This document shows, piece after piece, positions 62,193-64,000 of a DNA stretch of 64,000 nucleotides. The stretch is taken from the NCBI GenBank assembly GCA_036785375.1, contig JAWMAR010000710.1, positions 186,001-250,000 on the forward strand, read 5' to 3'. Under the pieces are notes generated by a model that worked only from the letters and a program-made list of their open reading frames with translations, was not told where the DNA came from and ran no database searches. Source of the DNA: Leucoraja ocellata (Eukaryota). Every line of letters starts with the position of its first letter. The first letter of the stretch is position 1. Made by a program: the position numbers and the translations under genes.

Positions 62193-62381
62193 AAACCTTA
62201 GATTAGATTAGATTAGATTAGATTAGATTATTGTCATTCAGACCTTTCGGTCTGAACTAAATTATCTTGCCTGCAGTCATACACAGAACCAATAAAAACA
62301 AACGATACAATAAACACAAATTAAACATCCACCACAGTGAGTTCACCAAGCACATCCTCACTGTGATGGAGGCAAAGTCTT
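62193..62381 (-). mobile_element. 5'-truncated copy of the 58500 retroposon with (AATCT)n tail
   Basis: Absent from the paralogous site near 41778; shares TTTGCC(T)TCCATCACAG and the 3' stem-loop. Confidence 0.75.
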
Positions 62382-62773
62382 AGTCTGAGCAGGAACAAAG
62401 CAGGAAAGCGACAAATTAGTTTGAAAGTAAATAACACAATTCCCCAAAATGCTACATTCTGCATTTCCAACTCTTCTTTTGCATTCTCTGCAATTAATTC
62501 TTTTTTTTTTGTCAAAGATGACAAGTGAATAATTTTCACTTCAGGAGATGGTCTTTCGAAAGCAAAATCGCCCACACTGATACTGAGACTGAGACTGTTA
62601 ACATGTTCACCGTGGGATAGAACTGACTGGCAACGTACCAAACAAGCACAAAGCAAATGCACAATAAATCCGCAAATCTATTTCCAAAGTCTCCGTTTGG
62701 CTCAATATTTTTTCCAGAAACACAAATTGTCTTGGGCATGAGCCTGATGGGCTGTGTCATCTTCTGCGCTGGG

Positions 62774-62884
62774 TCATTCATTCTGATCTCTCAGATCAGG
62801 GTCAGAATTCAGGGTCTGCAATGCGACAGCTTCTCTTGAATTATTTCTGGTGTTTCCTGGAAATTCCTGTGAATATCTGCTGCT
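62774..62884 (-). CDS. Candidate terminal coding exon (SSRYSQEF...DQNE*) of an unseen upstream gene
   Basis: Good acceptor TTTCTCTTCTTTGATACAG| and a phase-0 open frame to TGA, in non-repeat sequence. No homology support. Confidence 0.2.
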   Translation of the reverse strand, partial: SSRYSQEFPGNTRNNSREAVALQTLNSDPDLRDQNE

Positions 62885-63119
62885 CTGTATCAAAGAAGAG
62901 AAACAAATATGCTTTAAATAAAGATAAACAATAATAAACAATAGACTGGAAGTGATAGGTAAGAGGTTGCAGACCAAGTTGGAAACATTTTCATGGTCAT
63001 TTAATTCAACCAAAAACACACCAATATCATTGTGAATATTGAATGTGTAATTTGTATTCAATTTGTGTTGATAAAGTGTTCTTTCAAATTTGATATCTTA
63101 CAAAATTACAAGGTTAGAG

Positions 63120-63740
63120 TGTAGAGAGGAATAGATATGTAAATGAACAAAGTCTTTACCCGGGTTGGGGTATCAAGAATCAGAGGACATGGGTTCAAAA
63201 TGAGAGGTGAAAGATTTAATAGGAACCTGAGGGGCAATTTTTTCAATCAGATGGTGATAGGTTTCTGGAATGAGCTGCCAGAGGAGATAGCTGAGGAAGA
63301 TTCTGTAACAGCATTTAAAAAACATTGGACAAGTAAATGGATAGGAAAAGTTTAAAGTTTCATGTCCATAGCTCTCTGAAAGTAACAACACAAGTAGATA
63401 AAATGGTAAAGAAGGCACAAAGTATGCTTGCCTTCATCGGTTGGGCCATTGAGTATAGGAGTTGGGAAGTCATGCTGCATGTTGAAAAAACTTTGATTAT
63501 TCACATTAGGAGTCCTAGTAGCCCCATTAAAGAAAGGACGGGAAGGCTTTTGAAATAACGCAGAAGAGGTTGACCAGGATGCTGCCTGGAATAGAGCAAA
63601 TAACATACATTTAACCTTTATGAAGTTTATCGAAGGTTTGTGATAGAAATAGTTATGATAGTGGCTTTTAAGAGGTTTTTAGATAGGCTAATTAATATGC
63701 TGGGAATGGAGAGATTTGGATCAAGAGCAGGCAAAAGGAA
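63120..63740 (+). mobile_element. Old CR1 3' fragments
   Basis: SRIRGHGFK..GNFF..WNELP; QVDKMVKKA..LAFI. Confidence 0.8.
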
Positions 63741-64000
63741 TAAGTTTAAATCATGTGTTTCTGTGTTGCACTGTTCTATCCCAAACACTAAAATACAGAT
63801 TGTCACCATTCTAATATGTTCTGTGAACATCCATTTCCTCAACGTCAGAGACAACCCGCCATTAGTTTCTGATATATTGAAAAGCTCATTAAATTCTCAC
63901 CCTGTTCATCCTCCATGAGCAGCAAATTAGTCCAAGAGCAACGGCCAGTTTAATCAACAAGTAGCCCAGAACTGTGATGATCCTAATGTCTGGAAGTGCT

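Overview
Vertebrate genomic DNA, most likely a cartilaginous fish (skate/ray/shark). This is inferred from the repeat content: CR1, Rex1/Babar-type and fish-type L1 LINEs, DIRS, Penelope and tRNA-derived SINEs. Most of the window is nested transposable elements, with one 200-N gap (14243-14442). Between the repeats lies a small cluster of paralogous Ig-superfamily genes built as leader / cysteine-less V-like D1 / C2-like D2 / V-set D3. Gene A (minus strand) has three intact phase-1 exons (8477-8139, 7122-6850, 6049-5711). Gene B (plus: 22422, 22991, 29361) and gene C (minus: 52748, 51763, 43069) are frameshifted or nonsense pseudogenes facing tail-to-tail, within a mosaic of segmental duplications. 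The most unusual item is a DIRS tyrosine-recombinase retrotransposon (8531-13238, minus). It has flawless termini and ICR but decayed ORFs. It carries, in sense orientation, a near-perfect 5' half of U2 snRNA plus a second partial U2 copy, and a duplicated 38-39 nt micro-intron-like motif. Also present: an intact 993-codon Rex-type LINE, a Rex-type LINE with in-frame coding minisatellites, an L1 with an in-frame internal deletion and perfect TSD, a 264-bp-arm foldback, and Penelope-associated minimal hammerhead-like motifs. All coordinates were read by eye; no database searches were run.
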